IMG/VR virus record: IMGVR_UViG_3300036770_006414
Coordinates: 7,189-71,188 of that record
Strand: one strand, 5' to 3'
Source of the DNA: a virus
Length of the DNA: 64,000 nucleotides
Part shown: piece by piece, positions 9,444 through 18,982 of the stretch
How positions within the stretch are numbered: position 1 is the first letter of the stretch
How the letters are laid out: the number at the start of each line of letters is the position of its first letter
The notes under the pieces: model-generated
The model's database searches: none
What the model saw: the letters and a program-made list of their open reading frames with translations, nothing else
What the model was told of the DNA's origin: nothing
Translations under genes and position numbers: made by a program

Positions 9444-10053
9444 ATTTATACTTGGTGATTGTATGTCCAGAGAGGATGGGCTGTACAAATACCCAGATAA
9501 TCACTTTGATCTGGCCATTGTAGACCCGCCGTACGGACTGGGGCAGAGAACCACCAATGGCGGGACTCTTCGCAATTCCCAAGTAAAATTCAAAAACCAG
9601 CTTGCTGAAAAGCGCTGGGATGATGCAATACCCAGCAAGGAGTATTTTAACGAGCTGTTCAGGGTATCGAAGAATCAAATAATCTGGGGGGGCAACTATT
9701 TTGCCCTCCCAGCCCATAGGACGTTTGTTGTATGGGAGAAGATGAATTACCTACCCACAATGTCGCAGGTAGAACTTGCCTGGACTTCATTCGACAAGCC
9801 TGCGCGGATTGTAAAAATAAACAGTAACCAGGCCGATAGGGTGCATCCGACGCAGAAGCCAGTAGAGTTGTATACTTGGCTGCTACGCGAATACTCGACC
9901 CCTGGGGAGCTTATTCTTGATACCCACGTTGGAAGCGGCAGCAGCTTGCTCGCCTGTGCCCTCCAGGGAAACCCGTATGTAGGATATGAAATAGATCCCG
10001 ATTACTATCGAATTGCAAAACAAAGAATCAACTCAAGACCAGTATTGTTATGA
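9427..10053 (+). CDS. DNA N6-A/N4-C methyltransferase, beta class, copy 1
   Basis: DPPY (motif IV) N-terminal, then HPTQKP and DTHVGSGS (motif I), YEID. Confidence 0.92.
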   Translation: MKATSEFILGDCMSREDGLYKYPDNHFDLAIVDPPYGLGQRTTNGGTLRNSQVKFKNQLAEKRWDDAIPSKEYFNELFRVSKNQIIWGGNYFALPAHRTFVVWEKMNYLPTMSQVELAWTSFDKPARIVKINSNQADRVHPTQKPVELYTWLLREYSTPGELILDTHVGSGSSLLACALQGNPYVGYEIDPDYYRIAKQRINSRPVLL

Positions 10054-10721
10054 AATTTATGAATCTCGATTGTATGGATGCCACAAACGGCCTCCCTTCC
10101 CTTCCTGACGGCTTCTTTGATTTAGCGATCGTAGACCCGCCTTATGGAATTGGAGCCGACGTAGCCCAAAACAAAGCGGCACAGCAACGAATTAACGCCC
10201 AAGGAAAGACAAAGGCTGGCCGTGGTTGGAAGATGTACCAGGATACTAACTGGGATAGCGCTATTCCAAGTAAAGAGTACTGGGATGAGCTCTTTAGGGT
10301 ATCGAAGAATCAGGTTGTCTGGGGTGGCAACTACTTCACTGAATTCCTGCCTCCTTCGATGGGATGGATAGTATGGGATAAATGCCAGAGAGATTTTTCT
10401 CTTGCCGACGGGGAGCTTGCCTGGACTTCGTTTAAAAAGGCGCTCCGTATATGTAGCCTCAGCAGGGGGCTTGCCCAGGCCAATAATAACAATACTGGAG
10501 GCAGGGTACATCCTACTCAGAAGCCAGTAAAATTGTACCAATGGATCCTGGATAATTACGCGAACCCTGGGGATGTTATTCTGGATACCCATGTGGGTAG
10601 TGGAAGCAGCCTGGTGGCTTTTAAGTCATCTGGTTATGATTTTTATGGATATGAGATTGATCCCACGTACTATAAAGAAGCAAACAAGCGTTTACTAAGC
10701 GTACAAACCAGACTGCTATGA
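10050..10721 (+). CDS. DNA N6-A/N4-C methyltransferase, beta class, copy 2
   Basis: DPPY, HPTQKP, DTHVGSGS; ATGA-coupled. Confidence 0.92.
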   Translation: MKFMNLDCMDATNGLPSLPDGFFDLAIVDPPYGIGADVAQNKAAQQRINAQGKTKAGRGWKMYQDTNWDSAIPSKEYWDELFRVSKNQVVWGGNYFTEFLPPSMGWIVWDKCQRDFSLADGELAWTSFKKALRICSLSRGLAQANNNNTGGRVHPTQKPVKLYQWILDNYANPGDVILDTHVGSGSSLVAFKSSGYDFYGYEIDPTYYKEANKRLLSVQTRLL

Positions 10722-11341
10722 AATTAGAAAAAAGCATTTTTATCAACGGTGACTGTATGGACCCCAATATTGGGATGCCAGCGTATCCTGATGGTTTTTT
10801 TGACTTAGCGATTGTTGATCCCCCCTATGGGATTAGCATCAATGCTAACATGGGGCTAAAGAAGGGCCAGAAGAAGAAGCACGAAAAGGTACGGTGGGAT
10901 GACGAGATACCTTCCAAGGAGTATTTCGATGAGCTTGTCCGTGTATCTAAAAATCAAATCATTTGGGGCGGCAATTATTTTCCGCTGCCACCAACGAAGC
11001 ATGTGATCTTCTGGGATAAGAAAACCCCCATCGGCATGAGCTTTTCCGACGGAGAAATCGCCTGGACATCATTCGATAGGGCTATCCGCAAGGTTACCCT
11101 TCGAAACACGACTGGCGACAAGATACATCCAACGCAGAAGCCAGTGGCGCTATACCAATGGCTTATCGATAACTATGCGAGCGAAGGAATGACGATCTTG
11201 GATACCCATGTCGGAAGCGGCTCGAGCCTTCTGGCCTTCGAGGCAAACAACCTCAAGTACGTAGGCTACGAGATCAATGCCGACTATTACAAGAAAACAA
11301 GCCTCCGCCTCGCTGGTGGAGTACAAACCAGATTATTCTAA
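10718..11341 (+). CDS. DNA N6-A/N4-C methyltransferase, beta class, copy 3
   Basis: DPPY, HPTQKP, DTHVGSGS; ATGA-coupled. Confidence 0.92.
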   Translation: MKLEKSIFINGDCMDPNIGMPAYPDGFFDLAIVDPPYGISINANMGLKKGQKKKHEKVRWDDEIPSKEYFDELVRVSKNQIIWGGNYFPLPPTKHVIFWDKKTPIGMSFSDGEIAWTSFDRAIRKVTLRNTTGDKIHPTQKPVALYQWLIDNYASEGMTILDTHVGSGSSLLAFEANNLKYVGYEINADYYKKTSLRLAGGVQTRLF

Positions 11342-11955
11342 TGATGTTCATCAACGGAGATTGCATGCACCCGATAACGGGAATGCCTGCGTTCCCAGAT
11401 AAGTTCTTTGATCTGGCGATCGTAGATCCTCCCTACGGGGGTGGCCAACACTTTAACTTCCGCTTTGATGAGGTGTACGAAAACCATGCTCCCAGCAAGG
11501 AGTATTTCGATGAGCTCTTTAGGGTTTCCAAAAACCAGATAATCTGGGGAGGTAACTACTTTACCGACAAGATACCAGTGAGCCGTTGCTGGCTGGTGTG
11601 GCAGAAAGGAAACCCGCTCCCAAGCTTCTCGGACTTTGAACTTGCCTGGACTTCATTCGACAAGGTGAGTATCAATGTAAAGATTGACTCCTACGGGTTT
11701 AGGCATGGTGACAAGGTCGGGAGAGGAGAGAAGACGATACATCCAACGCAGAAGCCAGTAGTTTTGTACCAATGGCTGCTTGACAAGTTTGCGCAGCCTG
11801 GCTTCAAGATCCTGGATACTCATGTGGGCAGCGGGAGCAGCCTGGTGGCGTTCCAGGAGAACGGATACGAGTACGTGGGATATGAGATTAACTCAGATTA
11901 CTACAAGATGGCAAAGAAACGAATTGATAAAACGCAAAAAAGAATAGTCTTTTGA
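11341..11955 (+). CDS. DNA N6-A/N4-C methyltransferase, beta class, copy 4
   Basis: DPPY, HPTQKP, DTHVGSGS; TAATG-coupled. Confidence 0.92.
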   Translation: MMFINGDCMHPITGMPAFPDKFFDLAIVDPPYGGGQHFNFRFDEVYENHAPSKEYFDELFRVSKNQIIWGGNYFTDKIPVSRCWLVWQKGNPLPSFSDFELAWTSFDKVSINVKIDSYGFRHGDKVGRGEKTIHPTQKPVVLYQWLLDKFAQPGFKILDTHVGSGSSLVAFQENGYEYVGYEINSDYYKMAKKRIDKTQKRIVF

Positions 11956-12332
11956 AAGTTGCATGGCTTTTTAGTGGTTGCCTGGTGTTTCTGGGCAGCC
12001 ACCTTTTCTCCCTCCAGGCCCAGGGTATACATCCCCAGGATTTATGTGCTACTCTTTATGGGTACGATGGGCAGCCTGTTGCTACTTCGTTGCACGTAAG
12101 CGAAGAGAATGGATGTATTTTAATAAGGGGGATGCTAGAGTCAGAGCCTCGGACATGGGTATTTGGAACAATATCCAAGAGGGGTAAAGTGTATTTTCAG
12201 GATTGGGAGTACGGGATGCTGGAGTTCACTGTTTCCAGGAATCGAATAACGACATTATTTTACACCAACGACTACTATACTATAACGTATGGGCTAGCCG
12301 TTGACTACACAAAAACAAGAAGATGGGAGTAG
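11952..12332 (+). CDS. hypothetical secreted protein
   Basis: Signal-peptide-like N-terminus ending LQA-Q, the pattern typical of Bacteroidota exported proteins. Confidence 0.55.
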   Translation: MKVAWLFSGCLVFLGSHLFSLQAQGIHPQDLCATLYGYDGQPVATSLHVSEENGCILIRGMLESEPRTWVFGTISKRGKVYFQDWEYGMLEFTVSRNRITTLFYTNDYYTITYGLAVDYTKTRRWE

Positions 12333-13069
12333 AAGTAAAAGCGATTGGCATGACGATGGGCGTCGGCGAGTTTGCTGGCAGGACGCCAGAGGAGATCATT
12401 GTGGCCACGGCTCGGATATCAACCGAGAAGGAAGGCGATGAGTTGTTTGATAAGCCAGAGCGGCTTATTCAGTACACGATTGGCCACGGGCATTGGTCGC
12501 CTTTCGACATGGTTGATGTAATGTTCTCTATAAAGGGAATATCCATGGTCACCAGTCTCCACTTGATACGGCATTGGTCGTTTAAGCCACAGCAATTCAG
12601 CCAGCGGTATTCCAGGGTTTCCGACGGAGTTATTGAGGTAGAACTCAGGAATGCCAACAAAAACAATCGGCAATCGAGTACTGATGTGTCTGACAATTGG
12701 CTACAGGAGATTGCTCGCCGAAGCAACTATAGAGCCATGACTGAATACGAGACCCTTGTATCGAATGGCGTGGCCCCAGAAACTGCCAGAATGATACTGC
12801 CAATGGCTACCAGGACCAGAATGAATTACAAGGGGAGCGTTCGATCGATTATAACCTTTCTGGACCAGCGATTGAGCAAGCATACCCAAAAGGAGACCAG
12901 GCTGGTGGCTGAGGCAATGAGGGACATCCTTATCGAGCACTTTCCGATAATCTCGGGTGCGTTAAACAACTTCCAAGGAGCTGATCAGATTCCGATACTG
13001 GATCAGCTTGCGGTAATAAGGAATTTGCAAAACATTGAAAAAATCAAAGAACTATGGAAGGCGGCATGA
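12323..13069 (+). CDS. thyX: flavin-dependent thymidylate synthase ThyX
   Basis: GHWSPF, RHWSFKPQQFSQRY (RH-x7-S-x-R-like), ETARMILP, HTQKETR. Confidence 0.9.
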   Translation: MGVEVKAIGMTMGVGEFAGRTPEEIIVATARISTEKEGDELFDKPERLIQYTIGHGHWSPFDMVDVMFSIKGISMVTSLHLIRHWSFKPQQFSQRYSRVSDGVIEVELRNANKNNRQSSTDVSDNWLQEIARRSNYRAMTEYETLVSNGVAPETARMILPMATRTRMNYKGSVRSIITFLDQRLSKHTQKETRLVAEAMRDILIEHFPIISGALNNFQGADQIPILDQLAVIRNLQNIEKIKELWKAA

Positions 13070-13224
13070 CGGAACAACAAAAGGCGCTTCTGAGCCTGTT
13101 TTCAATTCCTGTGGTAAGCGTGTTTACCGCAGAGCTCTGGCAGCAATCGGAGGTGCTCTTTGCTGCTGGCGGGGCGATTCTGTTGATATTTATTTACATC
13201 AAAATTTTAACCAAGCGATTATGA
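13066..13224 (+). CDS. small membrane protein (52 aa, below the ORF track cutoff)
   Basis: Hand-translated MTEQQKALLSLFSIPVVSVFTAELWQQSEVLFAAGGAILLIFIYIKILTKRL; ATGA overlaps at both ends. Confidence 0.6.
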   Translation: MTEQQKALLSLFSIPVVSVFTAELWQQSEVLFAAGGAILLIFIYIKILTKRL

Positions 13225-13652
13225 TTGACGAAGTGATGAAATGGAGAACGGATTTTAGCATCCAAACCACCAAGGCTGGAGCTATGCTTGGCCTGTCAGA
13301 GGAATACATAGAACTCAAGGAAGCGTACGATAATTACATCAACAGCCTGCGCGTCGACGGCAATCCAGATGCCGAGTCGGTAAATGGCCTCAAGAAGGAG
13401 TGGGCCGACGTATTTTTTACGCTGGTGCAATTTGCCCATGTCTTTGGAATAAACATGGAGCAAAGCATCAAGGCGGTGCTCGAATCGAACTACACGAAAC
13501 GGATGACGGTAGAGGAATACAAGCAGCTGTATCCCGATGGGAACTCGGATGCTTTCCCAGTAACAAAGGATGGGTATGTGTACCTATACGACGCAGACTT
13601 TAAGCTCCTCAAGGGGCCAAAGTACAAGCCAGTAGACTGGTTTAAGATATGA
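13221..13652 (+). CDS. MazG-like nucleotide pyrophosphohydrolase
   Basis: EEYIEL...KEWAD..F...SNYTK...KLLKGPKYKP. True start is likely ATG 13221. Confidence 0.75.
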   Translation: MIDEVMKWRTDFSIQTTKAGAMLGLSEEYIELKEAYDNYINSLRVDGNPDAESVNGLKKEWADVFFTLVQFAHVFGINMEQSIKAVLESNYTKRMTVEEYKQLYPDGNSDAFPVTKDGYVYLYDADFKLLKGPKYKPVDWFKI

Positions 13653-13753
13653 GAGATAAGATTGTATTTATAGCGCTGGCAGTCCTGGCTTTTTTGCTGG
13701 GCCTGCTGGCAGGCTACGAGTTCTACAACTACTTACCAAATTTACTACCATGA
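13649..13753 (+). CDS. small membrane peptide (34 aa)
   Basis: MRDKIVFIALAVLAFLLGLLAGYEFYNYLPNLLP; ATGA overlaps at both ends. Confidence 0.5.
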   Translation: MRDKIVFIALAVLAFLLGLLAGYEFYNYLPNLLP

Positions 13754-14004
13754 CAGATCCAGAGCCTTTGGTTTTTGTAGCGCTCCCCAAGATGGGACAC
13801 AAAGTCGATATTGTTCCAGCGATCAAGATCGGGGAGAAGGGAGATCACTTTATACTCGTTACGACCGACGGGATTATAGAGTACCACAAGGAGAGTGTTT
13901 TTTATACGCTCCAAGAGGCCCTGGATAGATTCAGGGAGTCTATCCTTAGGGATGCTTGGTATCTTTACAGCAATAGAAAAGTTATTCTCGATGGCGTATC
14001 ATGA
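13750..14004 (+). CDS. hypothetical protein
   Basis: 84 aa, translationally coupled. Confidence 0.6.
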   Translation: MTDPEPLVFVALPKMGHKVDIVPAIKIGEKGDHFILVTTDGIIEYHKESVFYTLQEALDRFRESILRDAWYLYSNRKVILDGVS

Positions 14005-14230
14005 TGAAATCGCGGAGACCCTTTCTCGGGAGCTGGGCAATAGCTCAGCCCCCGTCATAGGGGCAAAGGAATGGCCGCAGGAGGTTGCCCAGGCTGTGCT
14101 TGCCACCATGGAAAAAACGGGGGCTACCGCCAGGCTGATGGCCGAATTACTTAAAGTACCAGAATCAAGAATATGGAGATGGAAAGATCGGATACAATTC
14201 ACAGATACAAAATATTTGCAATCCGTATAA
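13991..14230 (+). CDS. HTH DNA-binding protein
   Basis: ATARLMAELLKVPESRIWRW helix-turn-helix. Likely ATG at 13991. Confidence 0.65.
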   Translation: MAYHDEIAETLSRELGNSSAPVIGAKEWPQEVAQAVLATMEKTGATARLMAELLKVPESRIWRWKDRIQFTDTKYLQSV

Positions 14231-14393
14231 GTTGCCTTGAGCTGTTGTTTGAAAATGCTTACATTGGCTTCGGACAGCGATACGGTCATCTCGGGTTTCT
14301 ATGATAATACAATTTATTTTCTCTGTAGTTATCGTGGTGGCTTTTTGGGAGATAATTGATCGCCTTTTTGACAAGTAATCTCCCTTTCCCCTC

Positions 14394-14693
14394 ATGACGG
14401 AACAAGATATATATAATATACTCCACAGGGAGCGAGTAACCTATAAAGAACTCATGAAAGCAATAGATACCGCTGGTAATATGTTCTATGAAGAAGGCAA
14501 GCTTGTGGTAAGGAGTCTGGGGGAGAAAAGGCCCAGGAAGGCCACAGTTCGCCCAGGATCGATCATTAGAACTGGCAATATAGCATTGATCGGTTTCTCT
14601 TATGCGTTGAGCGTAAGCAAGACTACGAGGACCAGCCGAGTGTTCAACCGAACATTTTATGACGGCCCGAGCCAATTGATAGGGTTCTTGTAG
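14394..14693 (+). CDS. hypothetical protein
   Basis: 99 aa ATG ORF. Confidence 0.55.
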   Translation: MTEQDIYNILHRERVTYKELMKAIDTAGNMFYEEGKLVVRSLGEKRPRKATVRPGSIIRTGNIALIGFSYALSVSKTTRTSRVFNRTFYDGPSQLIGFL

Positions 14694-14803
14694 CCTTATC
14701 TCTGGGTTGTTTTCAAAAAAAACAAAATAATTTTAATACAAGCGCAATATGCCGCGCTGCCACTCCGTTACAATGGGGTATTTTTTAACCAAAACAAATC
14801 AAG

Positions 14804-15175
14804 ATGAGGTACTTAATTGTATTTGCCATCCTCATGATGGTCACAGCTGCACAGGGCCAGGTTTTTACCAGCAAAGCCAAAGACGGAGAACTTCAGGTGA
14901 CATCCTGGGAACGCCTGGTCTACTGCCAGGAAGTTGAAAACAGGACAATCTCCATCAACGAGTCGGAGACTCACTTCTGGGTGGTAATCGACTCCAAGGA
15001 GAGTGTATTCCTCGACAAAAGCCTCCTTCGGCAATCCGCCAACCAAGAAGACCAGATCCAGATGGTTACAAACAACGGATCGACTCTTGGGTTGCGACGC
15101 CAGGGCAGTTATGTTAAAGGGATCGCTTTTAAGACTGGTGATATTTCTATCACCTGGGGAGTATCTATTATCTGA
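14804..15175 (+). CDS. hypothetical secreted protein
   Basis: MRYLIVFAILMMVTAAQG-Q signal peptide. Confidence 0.65.
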   Translation: MRYLIVFAILMMVTAAQGQVFTSKAKDGELQVTSWERLVYCQEVENRTISINESETHFWVVIDSKESVFLDKSLLRQSANQEDQIQMVTNNGSTLGLRRQGSYVKGIAFKTGDISITWGVSII

Positions 15176-15179
15176 ACAA

Positions 15180-15217
15180 GCCTGGAGGGTAGAGGAATTG
15201 CCCTTTCCCCTCCAGAC
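15180..15217 (+). repeat. family-B start-linked hairpin
   Basis: GCCTGGAGGG...CCCCTCCAGAC, then an A-tract; 14 nt to ATG 15232. Confidence 0.75.
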
Positions 15218-15231
15218 CAAAAAAAAACAGC

Positions 15232-15570
15232 ATGGAATACGCAGTATCAGCATTTTTGACATTAACCCCAATGCTTGGATGGTGGACCTTCGAACAGCCC
15301 ATGCATGCTACAATGATCTGTGGAGAGGCCACCTCGGAGATCATAGATGTACGAATTGAATGCGACGGAAAGACCATCACGGTTGAGTACGACAACAGAA
15401 TACAGGAGTTTGTTGCACCACCTGTAACTAATTTCAGGGATAAGACATACGGCTTCTTGCAAAACGGCCAGGCCACGGCCACGATAGGATTCGATGGGAG
15501 AATCGTAGACTTTCAAATGTATGTCCAGAATTCAGACGAGATTAACTGGACAATAAATCAACGAAGATGA
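15232..15570 (+). CDS. hypothetical protein (possibly exported)
   Basis: 112 aa with a hydrophobic N-terminus. Confidence 0.6.
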   Translation: MEYAVSAFLTLTPMLGWWTFEQPMHATMICGEATSEIIDVRIECDGKTITVEYDNRIQEFVAPPVTNFRDKTYGFLQNGQATATIGFDGRIVDFQMYVQNSDEINWTINQRR

Positions 15571-15896
15571 TATTTATATCAAGCCCCTATAGCCACCAGG
15601 AGCAGCTTGTTAGGCAAAAGCGCTACGAGGCAGTAAGCAATTACGCCGCAAAGCTAATCAAGGACGGAGAGGTTGCTTTCTCTCCTATTACGTACGGGCA
15701 TATAATTGTCGAGTTCGACAATACGCTGCCCACCGACTGGCTGTTTTGGGAGAAGTTCTGCTTCGACTTTCTTAGGTATTCAACCTCTATGCATGTGCTC
15801 ATGCTTGACGGATGGGAGGCCTCCAAGGGAGTAGATACCGAAATCACAATGGCCAAGCTTCTCAATATTCCAATCACTTACGTAATGCCGAAGTAA
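15567..15896 (+). CDS. DUF1937-like / nucleoside deoxyribosyltransferase-fold protein
   Basis: IFISSPYSH...FSPITYGH...W.FW...LMLDGWEASKGVDTEI..AK.LNIPI. Confidence 0.75.
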   Translation: MIFISSPYSHQEQLVRQKRYEAVSNYAAKLIKDGEVAFSPITYGHIIVEFDNTLPTDWLFWEKFCFDFLRYSTSMHVLMLDGWEASKGVDTEITMAKLLNIPITYVMPK

Positions 15897-16423
15897 TGAA
15901 AAATGTATTTTTGCTGAAAGGAGATAGAATTGTTGCTGACAGAGCAATCATAACGTTCGAAGAGGGGAAGAGGGTCTATTCCTTCGAGAACTTTATACCC
16001 CACAGTACTTTCCATGAGACAGGTCTTGAGGATATGGGCGTGATTGTTTTCGAGAGTTTCGAAGAGTGTGTCGAATACATCAACGAAAAGATCGACGAGC
16101 ATACGCGGGCTGCCGAAGCTCTCAAGGTTGCCAAGCAGCAGGCCGACTTCACAAAGATGTTTTCCTGGAACGGCGCTGTGGCCGAGTACTTTATTCCCAA
16201 GTACAACCCATCACGGCCAGGCTGCGCCGATAGGCCACCGACGGCAAAAAACGTCATCAAGCTCAAATCCGACGGCGATCATTTTGCTATTGAAGATCTG
16301 CTTGACCTGACGCTGGTAGCCCTTCGGGAATCTGTAGCCAGTCGCGACGAGAGCGATTACGACAGTAAACTAGATTTGGCTGTCCGAATGTTGGAGGAAG
16401 CCCGCGAAAACATCAAGCTATGA
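15896..16423 (+). CDS. hypothetical protein
   Basis: TAATG-coupled start at 15896. Confidence 0.6.
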   Translation: MKNVFLLKGDRIVADRAIITFEEGKRVYSFENFIPHSTFHETGLEDMGVIVFESFEECVEYINEKIDEHTRAAEALKVAKQQADFTKMFSWNGAVAEYFIPKYNPSRPGCADRPPTAKNVIKLKSDGDHFAIEDLLDLTLVALRESVASRDESDYDSKLDLAVRMLEEARENIKL

Positions 16424-16905
16424 GTTGGGCCTCAGAAAAAGCGTGGAGCGTACTCGCTGACCACGCCCACAACGTATCCTGGTGGTGGTACAAGTATCTT
16501 TCCTACTCTAACGGCCTGTGGCTACTCTTTAAGCATAGACCAGAGCCTGGGGAAACCTGGGGGGCATTGATTCTACATAACGAGCGATCAAGCGCCCCGC
16601 GGGAGCAAGAAGTTTTTAACCTCAAAAATGTAATGGCCATGGCGGTTTCTGTGGGTTCTTTTATTACGACTTCACATATCCTCAAAGAGTTTATCTCCGA
16701 GACCCAAAAATCCCTCGAGGACTCTACTCTGACGGATACAAAACGAGCAGAGCTCGAACTGAATTTAAAAGCTCTTAATCATGCGTACAGCGTAGTTATG
16801 TTGTACGCCATGGACATGGAGATATTACCTAAAAGCGAGGTGCTTGCCGAAGATAATCAGCTGGACCTCTTTAACTCTGAAGAATATGCTAGTCAACAAG
16901 ATTGA
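16420..16905 (+). CDS. hypothetical protein
   Basis: 161 aa, ATGA-coupled. Confidence 0.6.
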   Translation: MSWASEKAWSVLADHAHNVSWWWYKYLSYSNGLWLLFKHRPEPGETWGALILHNERSSAPREQEVFNLKNVMAMAVSVGSFITTSHILKEFISETQKSLEDSTLTDTKRAELELNLKALNHAYSVVMLYAMDMEILPKSEVLAEDNQLDLFNSEEYASQQD

Positions 16906-17197
16906 GTCATTATTGAACCTTCTCCCTCAAGACGTCCTAGAGGAGAACAAAGAGCGTATTGAAAGGGCTCTGGATGTACTATCTGGGAAGAAGAGCAAGT
17001 TTGAGGTCGGAGACTCCGTATGTCACTACCTGGTCGGAACGGTAACAGAGGTGGATGAGAACATGATCTTTGGGGTTAGCGTAAAGTTCATGGCGACCAA
17101 CACACAGGTGACGTTTACCCATGATGGAAAACTCTGGGATACCGACGAGGAGCAAAGCCTCTGGCATACTCAAGACTTTATTGAAAAATTCTCCTAG
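16886..17197 (+). CDS. hypothetical protein (KOW/SH3-like C-terminus)
   Basis: KFEVGDSV...GTVTEVD...VSVKF. Confidence 0.55.
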   Translation: MLVNKIESLLNLLPQDVLEENKERIERALDVLSGKKSKFEVGDSVCHYLVGTVTEVDENMIFGVSVKFMATNTQVTFTHDGKLWDTDEEQSLWHTQDFIEKFS

Positions 17198-17271
17198 CGG
17201 AGTAATTGTGCGGATGGGTGGGGCCAGGATTTTTGCTCAGTAAATGGCTCTGCCCATACCGTATAAAAAAA

Positions 17272-17739
17272 ATGAAAATGCAGAATCTAGAGATCGTTTT
17301 AAAATTCGTTGGTGACGTCTACGGCCATACCTATGCACTTCCTTTATCTCTTGTTGATCAGTTTCGCGACGACAACAGGAATGTGTACACCGAGGAGTAC
17401 AAGAAAGTACCAACGAAGTATCTAAAGTACAGGGTAGACCTTAACAAGGAATACAGACTGGTTGTGCCCATAGAGGAGGTAAACAGGGTACTTGTCCTGG
17501 CGAGGCCCTGGCTCAACAAAGATATGCCATACAGAGCTATAGACATGTCTGGAGAGGATTGGTACTTCCCAGAAAAGCCCTTTATGAATAAAAAATGGTG
17601 GATGCTTAACGACGATATGCTAGCCTGGGAATCTACCGATGGGGATATCTCCGAATCGTGGGCCAAGATGTACTGGGAGCAAAGCCTTCAGAGCTTCGAG
17701 GAGTACTCCGAAATCAGCCAAAAAGTAATTATCAAGTAA
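17272..17739 (+). CDS. RPW-domain family protein 1 (start 17272 or 17278)
   Basis: RPWLNKDMPYRAIDMSGEDWYFPEKP...WAKMYWEQSLQ. Confidence 0.7.
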   Translation: MKMQNLEIVLKFVGDVYGHTYALPLSLVDQFRDDNRNVYTEEYKKVPTKYLKYRVDLNKEYRLVVPIEEVNRVLVLARPWLNKDMPYRAIDMSGEDWYFPEKPFMNKKWWMLNDDMLAWESTDGDISESWAKMYWEQSLQSFEEYSEISQKVIIK

Positions 17740-18200
17740 TGGAGCGGACTAGCTTTTTTATCAGGCCCTGGCAATTTGCTGGCTGGCAGTACCGAGCGGT
17801 TGACAAAAGCGGCAACGTTTACTACTTTAGGGAGTTACCGATGTTGAGTAATGGCGCTTGGTTTCCCGCCAAGCATTACCTACAGTGCGAGTACGGAGGC
17901 AGGTACAACAAGGAATGGTCCGAGCGCAACTTTGATAGAAGCATGCATACCATGGATATTTACAACGAGGCCGTCGCCAGTCATCTGGATTTGCTAAAGA
18001 AAGACCTTTCTCCTCCTGACGGATACATTCAATGTGAGCATTACTGTATACACGGCATGAATTACGCGATACCCGATACCCTGGCTGGAGAGTTTAGGAA
18101 AGACGTAAAAGAACTCGCATCGATGGACCTATACGACAAGTACAACCAGTATTTTCTGGAGGAAGGCAATATCATCTATATTAAAGCCGTTAAGCAATAA
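17739..18200 (+). CDS. RPW-domain family protein 2
   Basis: RPWQFAGWQYRAVDKSGNVYYFRELP; TAATG-coupled. Confidence 0.7.
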   Translation: MERTSFFIRPWQFAGWQYRAVDKSGNVYYFRELPMLSNGAWFPAKHYLQCEYGGRYNKEWSERNFDRSMHTMDIYNEAVASHLDLLKKDLSPPDGYIQCEHYCIHGMNYAIPDTLAGEFRKDVKELASMDLYDKYNQYFLEEGNIIYIKAVKQ

Positions 18201-18211
18201 AAAACAAGATC

Positions 18212-18439
18212 ATGACAAGAAACGATTTGCTGGAGCTCATTATCCCTCAGAAAGAGGCATCGATTACTTTCTCCTTCAAAGAAGGCGATAATGGTGTAAT
18301 TACGGATGCCAAAGGAAACTCGGAGGACATCAAGAAAGTGATCCTCTGCGTTCTGTTGGGCAACCCAACGATGCTGGATATCTTTACCAAGGCCGCTACC
18401 CTGGTTACTGAAATCATGGGCGAAGGGATGGAAGATTAG
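18212..18439 (+). CDS. hypothetical protein
   Basis: 75 aa with an A-rich leader. Confidence 0.6.
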   Translation: MTRNDLLELIIPQKEASITFSFKEGDNGVITDAKGNSEDIKKVILCVLLGNPTMLDIFTKAATLVTEIMGEGMED

Positions 18440-18445
18440 TGAAAC

Positions 18446-18484
18446 GTCGGGAGGGAGAGAGTTGATTGCCCTTTCCCTCCAGAC
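18446..18484 (+). repeat. family-B start-linked hairpin
   Basis: GTCGGGAGGG...CCCTCCAGAC; 14 nt to in-frame TTG 18499. Confidence 0.75.
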
Positions 18485-18498
18485 CAAAAAACCAACCA

Positions 18499-18726
18499 TT
18501 GAATAAGCACGAGTTCTTAGCCCGCCCCTGGCAGTACCCAGCCTTTGATTACAGAGCTGTAGACGAGGATGGTACGGAGTACTACTTTACACGAACCCCA
18601 GAGATTGTTGGTGGGGCCTGGATACAGGAATACTTGCGTGGCAAGAAGTTCTGGAGAGTAGAGGTATCAGAATTATGGAGGGAAAGTCTACAGAGTAAAG
18701 AGGATTACAAATTATTAATCAACTAG
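18499..18726 (+). CDS. RPW-domain family protein 3
   Basis: RPWQYPAFDYRAVDEDGTEYYFTRTP...WRESLQ. Confidence 0.7.
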   Translation: MNKHEFLARPWQYPAFDYRAVDEDGTEYYFTRTPEIVGGAWIQEYLRGKKFWRVEVSELWRESLQSKEDYKLLIN

Positions 18727-18730
18727 CACA

Positions 18731-18982
18731 ATGGAAAACGATATCAGGATTAGACCATGGGAGCACCCAGAACTCCCGTACAGGGCCCTCGACCAGGATG
18801 GGGCTGATTACTACTATGCCGACGAGCCATATACCAGTATCGGCGTATGGCGTACTACCGACTGGCAGTACCGCGGTTCTAATGCAACTGTAAAACAGGC
18901 ACAGATGGAGTGGGCTGCCGAAAACTGGAAAAACAGCCTTCAAACATGGGCTGAGTATCTGAAAGCAATAAACCAATTATGA
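18731..18982 (+). CDS. RPW-domain family protein 4
   Basis: RPWEHPELPYRALDQDGADYYYADEP...WAAENWKNSLQ. Confidence 0.75.
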   Translation: MENDIRIRPWEHPELPYRALDQDGADYYYADEPYTSIGVWRTTDWQYRGSNATVKQAQMEWAAENWKNSLQTWAEYLKAINQL

